The translations under genes and the position numbers were made by a program. Positions 1 to 11,304 of a DNA stretch of 32,000 bases are shown here, one piece after another. Under the pieces are notes generated by a model. The model saw only the letters and a program-made list of their open reading frames with translations, was not told the origin of the DNA and searched no databases. Origin of the DNA: a cyanobacterium endosymbiont of Epithemia turgida isolate EtSB Lake Yunoko (lineage in GTDB: Bacteria > Cyanobacteriota > Cyanobacteriia > Cyanobacteriales > Microcystaceae). The stretch spans positions 2,610,001 through 2,642,000 of the forward strand of contig NZ_AP012549.1 of NCBI RefSeq assembly GCF_000829235.1, read 5' to 3'. How positions within the stretch are numbered: the first letter of the stretch is position 1; each line of letters starts with the position of its first letter.

Positions 1-397
1 GAGGATGATTGTTTTGTCGTGCCTGTTTTTTAGCTGTATCTACCGAAATAATAATATCTCCTAAATATAGGGGTTCATCAGCGCTTATTTTTGCCGATGA
101 TTGAGGAACCTTAACTTCAAGAGCGGCAAACGCCAAGACATCTGTAGGTTGGTTTTTATGGCGATATTGGTTATTAAAAGTTTGTATTTCGTCATCGCTG
201 GTTAACCTTAGACTCAGTTCATAAGCCTCCGCTATAGCAATTATTGAGTGTAGTTCCTTTAACCAAATTTGAATCCACTGTTGCCAAGTTGCCCTAATCA
301 TGTCAGAGACATCCGAATCATTTGATGCTTCGAAGTTAAGAGCATCTTGAAGATAAAGGTCAACGGTTAAGGTTTTCGCAGAAGAAGATGCCATCAT
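1..397 (-). CDS. ybeY: rRNA-maturation endoribonuclease YbeY (C-terminal part runs off the window start)
   Basis: My own minus-strand translation from ATG at 397 (second ATG at 394) is open down to position 2. It reads MMASSSAKTLTVDLYLQDALNFEASNDSDVSDMIRATWQQWIQIWLKELHSIIAIAEAYELSLRLTSDDEIQTFNNQYRHKNQPTDVLAFAALEVKVPQSSAKISADEPLYLGDIIISVDTAKKQARQNNHP. The blocks L.LT.D.EIQ.xN..YR.K..PTDVL.F and LGDI.IS..TA..QA are the familiar YbeY N-terminal pattern. It is absent from the ORF track because no stop lies inside the window. Confidence 0.8.
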   Translation of the reverse strand, partial: MMASSSAKTLTVDLYLQDALNFEASNDSDVSDMIRATWQQWIQIWLKELHSIIAIAEAYELSLRLTSDDEIQTFNNQYRHKNQPTDVLAFAALEVKVPQSSAKISADEPLYLGDIIISVDTAKKQARQNNHP

Positions 398-407
398 ATC
401 CTCGATA

Positions 408-611
408 TTAACGAGTTAAATAGGAAATACTAACAAGAAATACTAATAAGCCTACTGTTACTACTACAAAGTGCTTGATGGAAGTTCCTCTTTTACGAAC
501 CATATTACGCATTGCTAGTCTGACGTAACTTGGTGGTGTGTCACTAGGAGTGACATTAGGAGATAAAGATGGGATGTCAGTAGGTTGAGAGGATTGAGGT
601 AAATTACTCAT
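408..611 (-). CDS. small conserved cyanobacterial membrane protein (DUF3285-like), immediately upstream of ybeY
   Basis: 67-aa ORF with a P/S/T-rich N-terminus, a PSYVRLAMRNMVRKRGTS motif and one C-terminal TM helix (FVVVTVGLLVFLVSISYL). Its stop lies 10 nt before the ybeY start, an operon-like arrangement. The family name is recalled from memory and not verified. Confidence 0.6.
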   Translation of the reverse strand: MSNLPQSSQPTDIPSLSPNVTPSDTPPSYVRLAMRNMVRKRGTSIKHFVVVTVGLLVFLVSISYLTR

Positions 612-3600
612 GAGATCTATTGAGTTTATTCCAATGAGTGTTGTTGTCTTAAATTTTAGAGGTAATTCCTTGATGAGGGAACAGTTTGTTGCTAAAAATA
701 AACTTTTTTTTAAAAAGCTCTTTGTTTGTTAATTAGCTAGGTAGTCAAGCTCTTATCTAGTTTTTTTGACAAAAGTTAATCTTCAGAAATCATGATAATT
801 ATTTTTAAAAAAAGTAGATTTTTTTTATTGTCTTCTAAGAGTTGATCACCAAGTTTTTAGATATTTGACTCTTTTAAACGTTTCAGAAAAGATTCTGATT
901 AATCTATTTATAATCTACTGTTTTACAATCTATTGTAGATAACTGAATTATTCTAGATAATTGAATTGATTGTGTTTCTGTTCCGCACCCAAAATCCATT
1001 TTTTGATGTTTTCCTCATAATTAATTATTTGTTCAATAAAAGTATGCTCTCTTAATGTCCCTAGATTGAAAAGTTAATTGCCGTATTCTATCGTGTAATC
1101 GTATTTTATGATGTGATATTCAAAAATTTGTTTACACTACTGTTTCATAACTGTTTAGTTTTTTCTTTATTTGAGTTGTTAATTTTAAAATATAGCAAAA
1201 GGTAAAGTTAGTTTCTAAATATGTTCCATGACAATAGCTAAAGCCGGTGCAACTGATTCTAGAAGTCATTTATCGAAGGCATATTGATCAACTATAATCA
1301 CGAAAGTAGCTGGTAACTCCTCCATGAGATGAACAAAGACTAACATGACTGCTATAAGTGTTTCCTCAGACATTAAGAGAGTATGCATTTAAAATAAGGT
1401 ATTAGTGAGAGTGTCGCCTAAACTGCGGTCTGCATCGTCTTAAACTTGTTTTTTGTATTTGAACTTGATAGTAACAACCCCAAAAGCCACTGATTAATAT
1501 AGGAGTAAATAAATATAAATTGAGATAAGAATTGCCCTACTCTACTAATCTAATCAATAACCCTGTGGCATTGATTGCCACAGATAGCTTACATGAAGTT
1601 CCTCATCACGTTATTTAACCTTCCTAAGGGGATTAAGATCTCTACCGCAAATTACAGATATTAAAATAGGATAGTCTAAAGTAGCAATATTGGTCCCTAT
1701 CTTATCGCTTATGGACAGTGACTACAGTCCATAAGCAATGACTAAAGTTAAGATTAAGACTATGATAGCGGTTAATAATACTAAGATAAAATCATAGTTA
1801 GCTAGTTACTAAAAATTATTGACTAGAGCATATGAAGGATTAAAGAATAATATCAGTAGAATGCAATACACATAAGTAACGACAAATACCAAAGCAAAAG
1901 AGATAAAACAGAAAAAAAAGGCTAGTATTGCCTGCCATTAACTGCGTAGCAGCTACTCGTTCCTCTAGTCAAAACCAAGTTCTATAGCATAAGTTCCTGT
2001 TGTCGAAGTATTTACCCTAAAGTATCGTACTATCCTAAAATTATTTGCTCGATACTCCCGATCCCATCCTCGCCATTAGTAGAAAAGAATTTAGAAAGCA
2101 ATCTTTAAGGACAGTAGAGTCTAGATATGGCCATATTTTCTAGTTCCCCAAAAAATGCTGCCTATCACAAATAAAACAGTAATGACAATTAACGTTGCTG
2201 CAACAACAAGGACAAAAATTTTACAACTATTAACTAGAAAGTATTTTAATAAAGATTTTTCGTGATGGAAGTGGAATTAGAATTAGTCATTATTAAAATC
2301 AGAAGTTTTCCTGAATTTGGAGGTAACAGACGTTGATTTTCGTAGAGGTTCAGCTTTTCCTTGTTGTCTCCTTTCATCTTCAATCCAAGAATTCACGCTT
2401 TGAATTGAAAACAACTAAACTGTGTTCCGACTAACTTAGTAACATTTGAGTTCTTCATGATTTCTCTTTCTTTTATGATCATCTTTAAAGCACCCCAAAA
2501 AGGAAGAGTTAACCTACAGGATTGAGGTATAACGGATTTTTTGTAAGCTCGTTTAACATATTAATTAGATAAAATTATAACTAATACTAGGTTGATTTCT
2601 AATTAAGTTAAAGCATAACCAATACAAAGATAGATTCTCCTATTAAAGGGTAAATATTGACAAGAAAAATGTCCTTGTTCTAAAAAATATTCTGATCTAA
2701 ATTGTTTCGACTTAAGACAAGTATCTTCTCGATGATGAGTTCAATAAATATTGAAAGGCAAACATCGTTTCTGTTACAAATTCTTTATGATTCAAACAAA
2801 AATTTTAGTAACACGACCAAAAGTAAACCTGGCTATAGTATAAATATATAGAGTTTTTTGACAGAATGCTATTAACTAGGAAGTTTTTATATTTTTTATC
2901 GCTTCTAAAACTTTCTATTTTTTTTTAAAAATTTAACTACTAGTAATTTATGAGCCCAGTAAAAAATAATTTAAAACCTTTATTTAGGATTATCAGCTTA
3001 TCTATTAAGATAATAGATGTCATAAAGTTCCTCATTTAATCCCGTGTTAATACCATTAATCTTAGGATATCTTTTCCTTCTGTTTATTTCTTACTTTGTC
3101 GTCTATCAACTTTAACTTTTTAAGTTTTAAAATCTTATCAATATTTTTTAATAGTTACATTGTATCTTTCTCTAACAACTATAGTTTGTCTAATTTTGAA
3201 AATTAGAACAAATAAATACAAAATTCAATCTAACAAAAAACCTAATTATATCGAATATTGGAGGTTAAGTTGTTGGTATCTTTATCCTTAAGATAAACTA
3301 ATGAAAGCTTGAATAATAACATGTAAATCAATTGCAATATTTTTTTATTTACCACCAATATAATAGGTATAATTTTAATCAAATTAATCATAGATTTTTT
3401 TTTATCACAAGCAAGGAACATTAATAGTTTATATTTTTATTAATAATTTTTACCACCAATAATGGTACTCGATTTAGGTTTCAAAAAATGTATTAGACTA
3501 CTACTAGTTCATTATGCGGTAAACTTTTGAGCATTATTATAATCAAAAAAACTTAAATAGCTTTGGGATTACTAAACATTTAGATACAAATGGAGGTAAA

Positions 3601-3832
3601 TCTGCTATCACCGCTATAAACATAGCTTCATACTTTTTCTAGTTATTTTCAAGATAGCCAGGAAGCTCGTTAATCTATTGCAATAATCGTAACCAGACAG
3701 GGGTTTATAGTCTATTAAGAAATGGACTCGCAATAATTTGATTAATTTTTATAAGACATCGATACAATAGCCCTAGGGTTAATTGATACCATCACCCCCT
3801 ATCTATAATGTCTGTATTATTTTTTGTGTCTT

Positions 3833-5542
3833 ATGATAGAACAACCCTTGGGATCAGTTATTGAAGGTTCTCTCAGTCAAGGATTAGAGGTTCTCTTACA
3901 TCCTGATATTTCCGTCGAGCAAATGCGGGTGGGCAAGTTTTTAGTCGTTCAGGGAATAAGATCACGGTTTTTCTGTATCCTCACCGACGTTTCTTTAGGA
4001 ACGACTAACCCTCGTATTCTTTCCAATCCTCCTAGTTTTGAAGATAGTTTGATGCGCGATGTTCTGGCAGGAAGCGGAACCTACGGAAAAGTAGAATTAG
4101 CCCCAATGTTAATGTTTACTCCTATTGAAAAGGAAGTACAAGTCAATGCTAAAACAAAAAATAAGGATAGTTCATTAGGATCATTTGAGACACAAACAAG
4201 TAGTGATATTGAATTACTCCCAGTCAAAACTATTCCAGCTCATTTCAGTCAGGTTTATGAAGCTTTAGAAAAGGATTTTCGTTGTGTTTTTGGCTGGGAA
4301 AATGATCCTATCCGTCGTAATTTTGCTATTGGAAAACCGTTAGATATGGAGGTTCCAATTTGTATTGATTTAGATCGATTTGTAGAACGAAGTAATGGAG
4401 TCTTTGGTAAGTCAGGCACTGGAAAGTCTTTTCTTACTCGTTTGTTGATTTCAGGTATTATTAAAAAGCGAGCAGCTGTTAATTTGATGTTTGATATGCA
4501 TTCGGAATACGGTTGGGAAGCGATACGAGAAGGTAAACACGTTTCTACAGTGAAAGGTTTACGTCAACTGTTCTCTGGCGAGGTAGAAATTTATACCCTA
4601 GATGTAGAGTCTACTAAACGAAGGGGGGTTAGAGATGCTCAAGATCTTTACCTTAGTTTCGATCAAATTGAAATTGAAGATATTCGCTTAGTTGAATATG
4701 AATTAGGCATTTCAGAAGCCAGTTTAGATAATGCTGAGATTCTTCGGAAAGAATATGGGAAATCTTGGATTATTAATTTATTAAATATGACCAATGAAGA
4801 CATTAAAATTTTTTGCCAGGAAAAACAAGGTCATCCTGGCTCAATTATGTCTCTGCAACGGAAGTTAATGCGCTTAGAAAAACTAAAATACTTACGTACT
4901 GCTTGTTCCCATAATTATATCTCGCAAATTTTACAATCTTTAAAGGCAGGAAAGCATGTGGTTGTTGAATTCGGTTCCCAATCAAATATTTTATCTTATA
5001 TGCTAGCAACCAATATGATTACTCGACGAATCCATGCCAGTTATGTCAAACAATCAGAGAAATTTCTTCAAAGTAAAAATATAATTGATCGCCCCAAACA
5101 ACTAGTCATTACCATTGAAGAAGCGCATCGTTTTCTTGATTCTAAAATTGTTCATCAAACGATTTTTGGTACCATTGCCAGAGAGATGCGAAAATATTTT
5201 GTAACCCTGTTAGTTGTTGATCAAAGACCATCAGGAATTGATAATGAAGTTATGTCTCAAGTGGGGACTCGGATTACCTGTTTGTTGAATGATGAAAAAG
5301 ACATTGAAGCGATTTTCACAGGGGTATCTGGGGGACAAAATTTACGGTCAGTTTTATCTAAATTAGATTCTAAACAACAGGCATTAATTTTGGGTCATGC
5401 CGTCCCCATGCCAGTAGTTGTTAGGACCCGAGCTTATGATCAACAATTTTACACTGAAATCGGGCCAACTGATTGTTCAGAATGGTCTGATAAAGAGGTT
5501 TTAATTGCAGCTGAAGTTGCCAAAACAGATTTAGGGCTTTAA
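3833..5542 (+). CDS. HerA-like / DUF87 P-loop ATPase (FtsK-HerA superfamily)
   Basis: 572-aa ORF; the track starts at TTG 3824, and ATG 3833 (MIEQPLGSVIEG...) is the more likely start. Walker A is GKSGTGKSF. A Walker B-like hydrophobic strand is followed by acidic residues (LVITIEEAHRF). The N-terminal region (VGKFLVVQG..RFFCILTDV) looks like a HerA HAS-barrel. A TATAAT box lies at 3804-3809. Confidence 0.75.
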   Translation: MIEQPLGSVIEGSLSQGLEVLLHPDISVEQMRVGKFLVVQGIRSRFFCILTDVSLGTTNPRILSNPPSFEDSLMRDVLAGSGTYGKVELAPMLMFTPIEKEVQVNAKTKNKDSSLGSFETQTSSDIELLPVKTIPAHFSQVYEALEKDFRCVFGWENDPIRRNFAIGKPLDMEVPICIDLDRFVERSNGVFGKSGTGKSFLTRLLISGIIKKRAAVNLMFDMHSEYGWEAIREGKHVSTVKGLRQLFSGEVEIYTLDVESTKRRGVRDAQDLYLSFDQIEIEDIRLVEYELGISEASLDNAEILRKEYGKSWIINLLNMTNEDIKIFCQEKQGHPGSIMSLQRKLMRLEKLKYLRTACSHNYISQILQSLKAGKHVVVEFGSQSNILSYMLATNMITRRIHASYVKQSEKFLQSKNIIDRPKQLVITIEEAHRFLDSKIVHQTIFGTIAREMRKYFVTLLVVDQRPSGIDNEVMSQVGTRITCLLNDEKDIEAIFTGVSGGQNLRSVLSKLDSKQQALILGHAVPMPVVVRTRAYDQQFYTEIGPTDCSEWSDKEVLIAAEVAKTDLGL

Positions 5543-7327
5543 GATTCAATTAATCTAATTTTTAGAGTAAGATATAGTTAGATTATATATCTATATACTT
5601 TAAAAATTTTTTGTATGAATAGGTATTTAAATCAAGCTCAACCTTTGAACTTATTCCCAGTTGTTAGTTTTTAAACTAATATGTAATTTTGAGTAGATAT
5701 ATTTTTATCTATAGTATTAATCTACTTACTATCTTGATTAAAGATTGCTAGCTTCTTAGCTGTGTCCTATAGGTTTTTGCACTTTATTTTATAAATCTAC
5801 ACAGGTTTTTATTACTCTTTCATGATTAAAAGTATAAATTTGTAACTTTGGACAATGTTTGTTTTAGTTTTGATAAATTTGACTTGATACGGCAGAAATT
5901 ATAGTCAACAATATGTCAAAGAAACAATAAATTTTGTTGATCTTGCTTTGTTTTATGAGTTCTGTCTTTGTAGCTGTTGCAATTACAGCCAGATTGCAAT
6001 ACAGAATTAACTAGTGACACGCCAATTCAAAAAGATTCAAAGTTAAAGATTGAAGAACTTTCTGAACACAGAATCTTTCTTTTTGATTTACTTCGATTTA
6101 TTATTAATACTTTCTACTGTTTGTAGAGTTATTTCTATATCAGAAGAGACAATTATTTTAAAATCTAACTTGATACTAATCCACTAATTTTAATAGTCCT
6201 GATACTCAGTCTAAGATTTTTAAAAATTTTTTATAAATTTCTTTTTTAGTCGTCGTTGTATTCTGAGAATACTAATAATATCTTATGGACTTATTTATCT
6301 AAAAAATAGAAAATTATAATGCCTGTAATTATTTACATAAATTTTTATATATTATTTCTATTTATTGTTCACTCATCATACTTCTGGTTTTTATTTTTTT
6401 AATATCTCTCTGTTAAAAAACAAATCATAATTTCTAGCTTATTGGTCTTTGACATATGTTTTTTGCTTTCTTATTATCTAAATTTATTTCTATATTGATT
6501 ACATTTAACGTAATGACAATTTTTTTAGATGAGCAGCTTTCTTTAGTGGTCAAACCACATAATAAATATAAATTATTGTTCTTTCGATTTTGCTGACAAA
6601 TAAAAACGTTCCTATCTTATTTTAAGAATACTATAATTAATAGGGAGTTTTGCTAAACTTAGCATATTATTAATCAAACTAAATTGAGCATTAAATACAA
6701 TAGGTATAAATTGAGTTTAAATAATGAGTTTAGCATAATTTAATTGAAACATAAAATCTGTTATTGTACTGTTTATACTTGTAGTTATAGCTTTTAACAA
6801 AGCCTATTACTGACTATCTTATTTTTTTGTAGTTTTAATAACTGCATAACACGTCTATCAAAGTTTTATTGATATTTAAATTTAAAATATTAACCGGTAA
6901 AATCTCATTATATATAGATTAAAGATTATTTTTTAAAATTTTAAATTTGTTTAGTAAGGTGATTAGGATATCGAATGACTCCTAATCGCTCACTTTTATC
7001 ACGGCTTTCAATTTTTATATCAAATGCTAGTTGATTTAATCTTTTTTTTGAAACAATTAGTTGTATTGTCCTTTTTGGCAAACCTAATAAAATTTATATT
7101 TTTCAGTTTTTATAGAAAAAAACTACTATACTCAAAATTTTTTATCTAGCAATAGAACCGTAATTTTTGACAACTAAAGTACCCGCAGTATTACATTCAA
7201 CTATCTTTATATTTTTTCAACTAGTTTGGGTAAATATACTAATTTAAATCTTTAGTTTTGAAAAGTTATCTTAACACAATGATTTAAATTTCTTGGGAAT
7301 ACTTAATAAAATACAATTACTAATTTA

Positions 7328-7374
7328 AAGAAAAAAGCAAACACCTGGATAACTTTAATTAGTTACCCAAGTGT
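7328..7374 (-). terminator. rho-independent terminator of fbaA
   Basis: It lies 43 nt downstream of the fbaA stop. On the minus-strand RNA, ACACUUGGGUAACU (7374-7361) pairs with AGUUAUCCAGGUGU (7354-7341), with a 6-nt loop. This 14-bp stem includes two G-U wobbles that only pair in the minus-strand transcript. It is followed by UUGCUUUUUUCUUU. Confidence 0.7.
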
Positions 7375-7416
7375 TAAATAGTAAATGACAAGTAAAAAAT
7401 TTTTGCCAGTCAACTT

Positions 7417-8496
7417 CTATACAGAAACAGTCTTCCTACTACCAGTAGATAACTCTCCTTGAGCATACTTAGTAGCATAAGCCTCAATACTTTCTTGCTT
7501 GATCTTACTAGCATTGCCAGCAGTCCAGAATTGCTGATAACGCTCAGAACAAACTTGCTTCATGTACTTTATAGAATTTTTCATGAAATGGCGAGGGTCA
7601 AAGTTACTAGGATCCTTATGGAAGGATTCTCGAATAGCAGCCGTGATTGCTAATCGATTATCCGTATCGATGTTAACTTTACGAACACCACTCTTGATCC
7701 CTTTTTGAATCTCCTCAACAGGAACTCCATAGGTTTCAGGAATTTTACCACCGTATTTGTTGATTATGTCTAACCATTTTTGGGGTACGGAGGAAGAACC
7801 GTGCATTACCAAGTGGGTATTGGGTAAACGACGATGAATTTCTTCAATGCGGCTAATAGCGAGAATTTCACCGGTGGGCTTACGAGTGAACTTATAAGCA
7901 CCGTGGCTAGTTCCAATGGCGATCGCTAAAGCATCAACTTGAGTACGTTCAACAAATTCTACCGCTTCATCAGGATCTGTCAAGAGTTGATCTTTACTTA
8001 AAGTTCCCTCAAACCCATGACCATCTTCTTTGTCTCCTCGACCAGTTTCAAGAGAACCTAAACAACCGAGTTCACCCTCAACACTAGCACCTACAGCATG
8101 AGCAACTTTGACAACTTCGGCAGTAATATTTACGTTGTAATCAAAGCTAGCGGGAGTTTTGCCATCCTCTTCTAAGGAGCCATCCATCATAACACTGGTA
8201 AAACCATTACGGATTGCGCTATAACAAGTAGCGGGGCTATTTCCGTGGTCTTGGTGCATAGCAATGGGAATATGAGGATAGCTTTCTGATGCTCCCAAGA
8301 TTAAGTGACTGAGGAAATTTTCTCCTGCATACTGACGAGCGCCACGAGAAGCTTGTAAGATAACCGGGCTATTAGTTTCCTCAGCTGCCTGCATAATGGC
8401 TAAAATTTGCTCAAGATTGTTGACGTTGAATGCAGGAATACCATAACCATTCTCAGCTGCGTGATCTAGAAGCATTCGCATTGGGACAAGTGCCAT
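7417..8496 (-). CDS. fbaA: fructose-1,6-bisphosphate aldolase, class II (Calvin-cycle/glycolytic cyanobacterial type)
   Basis: The 359-aa ORF is full length. It carries class II aldolase hallmarks: [28 protein letters not shown] and LVMHGSS. A HIP1 site lies at 7919-7926. A strong SD precedes the ATG. Confidence 0.95.
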   Translation of the reverse strand: MALVPMRMLLDHAAENGYGIPAFNVNNLEQILAIMQAAEETNSPVILQASRGARQYAGENFLSHLILGASESYPHIPIAMHQDHGNSPATCYSAIRNGFTSVMMDGSLEEDGKTPASFDYNVNITAEVVKVAHAVGASVEGELGCLGSLETGRGDKEDGHGFEGTLSKDQLLTDPDEAVEFVERTQVDALAIAIGTSHGAYKFTRKPTGEILAISRIEEIHRRLPNTHLVMHGSSSVPQKWLDIINKYGGKIPETYGVPVEEIQKGIKSGVRKVNIDTDNRLAITAAIRESFHKDPSNFDPRHFMKNSIKYMKQVCSERYQQFWTAGNASKIKQESIEAYATKYAQGELSTGSRKTVSV

Positions 8497-8502
8497 AGAT
8501 GT

Positions 8503-8508
8503 CCTCCT
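8503..8508 (-). promoter_or_regulatory. Shine-Dalgarno (AGGAGG) of fbaA
   Basis: The minus strand reads TTAGGAGGACATCTATG. AGGAGG is separated from the ATG (8496) by 6 nt. Confidence 0.7.
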
Positions 8509-9490
8509 AATCTATCTTTTGTTTTACGTGAGTTAATTTTCAAGAAAATCAACTCCTTTATTTTTCAATATTAAGATAGATTTCCCTTTTTGACGAATTG
8601 TTTTTTATGCTATGCACTACACATTATCTTGTCAATACAAAGTTTTCCTAGTCCTAATCAAAACCAAAGGTAATTAATTAGGTAATCGGCATCTGAGCTT
8701 AACCTCCGAAGTTGCCATCCCCATATAAGCAGTGATGATCTACCAAAGCAAATAAATTCCTTGGGAACCAATTGTACAAGCTTGTATCATACGAGAGCGT
8801 CCGCTCGATCGGTTGTTATCAACATTATATAATAACTGCATTCGCACAGAAATAATTTAATAATTTATACTTCTCCATAGATCTAAATCCTATGGCATTT
8901 CATAAACCTGCATAATTTTAATTATAGCCAAAATATTTTAAAAGTAACACAAACTAATTTTTTAAAACTACATATACTTTACATAATTCACCAAACTAGA
9001 CTGTAACTTTAGCATTGGAGAATACTAAGGTAAGGGTAAAAAAAATTGTTTTTTTACAACTGAAATATGATGAATCGGAAAGATAGGCTTAAATAATTAA
9101 GGGCAGAAAGAAGACGACTAAGTATCATAAGGCGTCTAATGGAACTCGTGAAATTTTCTTAAATAGGTTTAAAAACCAATATAATTTAGCCAAGGTAGTT
9201 AAATAAGGTTATTATCAAGAGAATTGTCTTAAAAAACTATAATTAAAACAATACAAAGTCAATTTTAATTGTTGAAATCTAAAAATTAGAAATGGTTTAA
9301 TTTTTTAACATTCATTTCATATTGTAGTTGCCTACCTATCCTCTCTTGAGGGGGTTTTCTTATAACGATGTGTCTTGTCTACTTCCAAATTATAAAGGTA
9401 TTTTTTCATGAAAATGTCTGAATATCGAGTATTTGAGAGTAACCAACCCCAAAAAGCGAACATAAAAATACATCAAACTAACTCTTAAGA

Positions 9491-10141
9491 TTAAGACAAA
9501 GAAGAATTTTGTAAGTTTTGACCAATTTTAGGTTCTTTCCCCTTAAGGAGACGATTAATATTTGTGCTATGACGAATAATGACATAGAGTCCTGCTACCA
9601 AAGCAAAAATACAATAGGGTAGAGGTTGATGTAGCCAAATCATCAAAATATTGACTGCAAGTACTCCTGTTAAGGAACTCAGGGAAACAATCCTGGAGAA
9701 ACTCAGCACTAGCAAAAAGCTAGTTAAGCTTCCTAAAGCAACTAAGGGGTTGAGGACGCACAACACGCCTAAACCAGTAGCTACTGACTTACCACCTGTA
9801 AAATCAAGAAAAATTGATTTACTATGGCCCAATATAACAGTTATCGCTGTCACTATCATTAACCAAGGTTTCCAGTCCGAAGTGATTAGTCCTGTAGGGG
9901 CTAATATATAAAACCATTCAACCATTGCCATAGATAAGATGGCCTTACCTAAATCTGTCATTAAGACAAGGACAGCCGCTGTTTTACCCAGTATTCGCAA
10001 CACATTTGTCGCTCCCGTAGAACCCGATCCATGTTCACGAATGTCAATCCCTTTAAAGACTCTCCCTACAAGATAACCCGTAGGAATAGAACCTAGTAAA
10101 TAGGCTACCAGACATAAAAATCCACTAATTACCCAAGCCAT
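9491..10141 (-). CDS. plsY: glycerol-3-phosphate acyltransferase PlsY
   Basis: 216-aa polytopic membrane protein. It has the PlsY motifs GSIPTGYL, HGSGSTGATNV and GGKSVATGLG. Confidence 0.9.
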   Translation of the reverse strand: MAWVISGFLCLVAYLLGSIPTGYLVGRVFKGIDIREHGSGSTGATNVLRILGKTAAVLVLMTDLGKAILSMAMVEWFYILAPTGLITSDWKPWLMIVTAITVILGHSKSIFLDFTGGKSVATGLGVLCVLNPLVALGSLTSFLLVLSFSRIVSLSSLTGVLAVNILMIWLHQPLPYCIFALVAGLYVIIRHSTNINRLLKGKEPKIGQNLQNSSLS

Positions 10142-10188
10142 AGTTCCTAATTCATTCCGCCATTATGATAGTTTACAGATCTATGTCA

Positions 10189-11304
10189 TTAATATAAATG
10201 GTTTGACACTTGTTGAAGATCAGGTGCAAATGCTAACAAAAGGGGAAATTGTAGGAGGGAAAGATTTATCTGTTGTTCGGTTTCATCAATAATTATCAGG
10301 GGAATTTGTTTATCTTCGAGTAAACGTTCTGTTTTTAGCACTAAAGCATCTGGAGATTCAAAGAGAACTACTCCCTTTTCTGGACCAAAATCACTGCGGG
10401 AAATTCCTAAACAATCTTGTAATCCCCTACGCCATTCTCCAAGTCTTTCGGGACTGTTAGCTAGAATCAGAAACCGAGAGCGATCACCGTGAAGACTATT
10501 CAATACAGAAATAATCGCCGACGCAATCAAAATATTCTGTAGGCGAGTACCCATGGATAAAATAGCTCCCCGTCCTCCTTGAGAAAAAAACCACGTTTGT
10601 ACCCGTTCTGCATGAATTGGTTCAAAAGTACGACGTAGTTGCCATGGATATCCATAATAATCAGGGTTATTGCGGTATTGCTCCAATAATTGCTTAATTT
10701 TTATAGTTTGTGTTTCAAATTCTTGAGGGGCAAACTGAACCTCACCTGAACTCGAAGATTGAGAAGGGATTGTTTCTGAAGAACACCAAGTTTCTCCGGT
10801 GGGCAATTCTAATTGTTCAGCCGTCGCCGCTAAATCTTGTAAACTGCCTACTAAATAATCCTTAAATCCTTGAACCCGAATCGCTAAATCCTGAGAAACT
10901 CCGGCAAATGTTGTTCGCATTTCTTCTTTTATCCTATCCCGACGACGTTCAAGTTGTTCAACGGAAATTTCTAGGGCTTGTTTTTGCTGTTTGAGTTCTT
11001 TTAAACCTTCTTTAACTATTAAGCGAATGTGTTGCTCAATATCTTGAATTCCTCCTGGTATCATTTTATGTTCAAGGTCTAGCTGTTTTATTTCTTGTGT
11101 TAACCCTTGTTTTTGTTGTTCTAGAGACTGAACTTGTGCTGTTAACTCTTTAACTCTACTTTCAAGATTTAATATTGTGTCAGAAACTTTAATCATTTTA
11201 GGTTCAGGAGCATTTTCTTCCTTTGTGACTACATTCTCGGCAGTATTGTTAGTCGACTCGTTGGTTAACTCAGCTTTGGAAACTTGATGATCGTCTATAT
11301 TCAT
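10189..11304 (-). CDS. conserved cyanobacterial coiled-coil protein (DUF3086-like), co-oriented 47 nt upstream of plsY
   Basis: The 371-aa ORF has no internal stops. The N-terminal half is heptad-like and Q/E/K/L-rich (coiled coil). The C-terminal half is globular (WFFSQGGRGAILSMGTRLQNILIA...IIIDETEQQ). The family name is recalled from memory and not verified. Confidence 0.7.
   Translation of the reverse strand: MNIDDHQVSKAELTNESTNNTAENVVTKEENAPEPKMIKVSDTILNLESRVKELTAQVQSLEQQKQGLTQEIKQLDLEHKMIPGGIQDIEQHIRLIVKEGLKELKQQKQALEISVEQLERRRDRIKEEMRTTFAGVSQDLAIRVQGFKDYLVGSLQDLAATAEQLELPTGETWCSSETIPSQSSSSGEVQFAPQEFETQTIKIKQLLEQYRNNPDYYGYPWQLRRTFEPIHAERVQTWFFSQGGRGAILSMGTRLQNILIASAIISVLNSLHGDRSRFLILANSPERLGEWRRGLQDCLGISRSDFGPEKGVVLFESPDALVLKTERLLEDKQIPLIIIDETEQQINLSLLQFPLLLAFAPDLQQVSNHLY

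Noticed and set aside
1046-1381. A 13-bp perfect inverted repeat (CTCTCTTAATGTC at 1046-1058 and GACATTAAGAGAG at 1369-1381), about 22 bp with mismatches. It flanks about 310 bp, so it is a MITE or IS-remnant candidate.
   Set aside because: There are no target-site duplication, no transposase remnant and no second copy in the window. A single 13-mer match in low-complexity AT-rich DNA is weak evidence. It would only be worth revisiting if a genome-wide search finds more copies.
7459-7653. Track ORFs antisense to or nested in well-supported genes: 7459-7653(+), 9651-9911(+), 13780-14004(+), 18021-18212(-), 20605-20865(+), 21504-21776(+), 22181-22501(+), 28787-28969(-), 29759-29989(-) and 31724-31960(-).
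   Set aside because: Each lies inside a full-length conserved housekeeping CDS (fbaA, plsY, GT2, purB, accB, efp, pyrG, pepA, VKOR-Trx). Their translations are low-complexity or unfamiliar. They are shadow ORFs.
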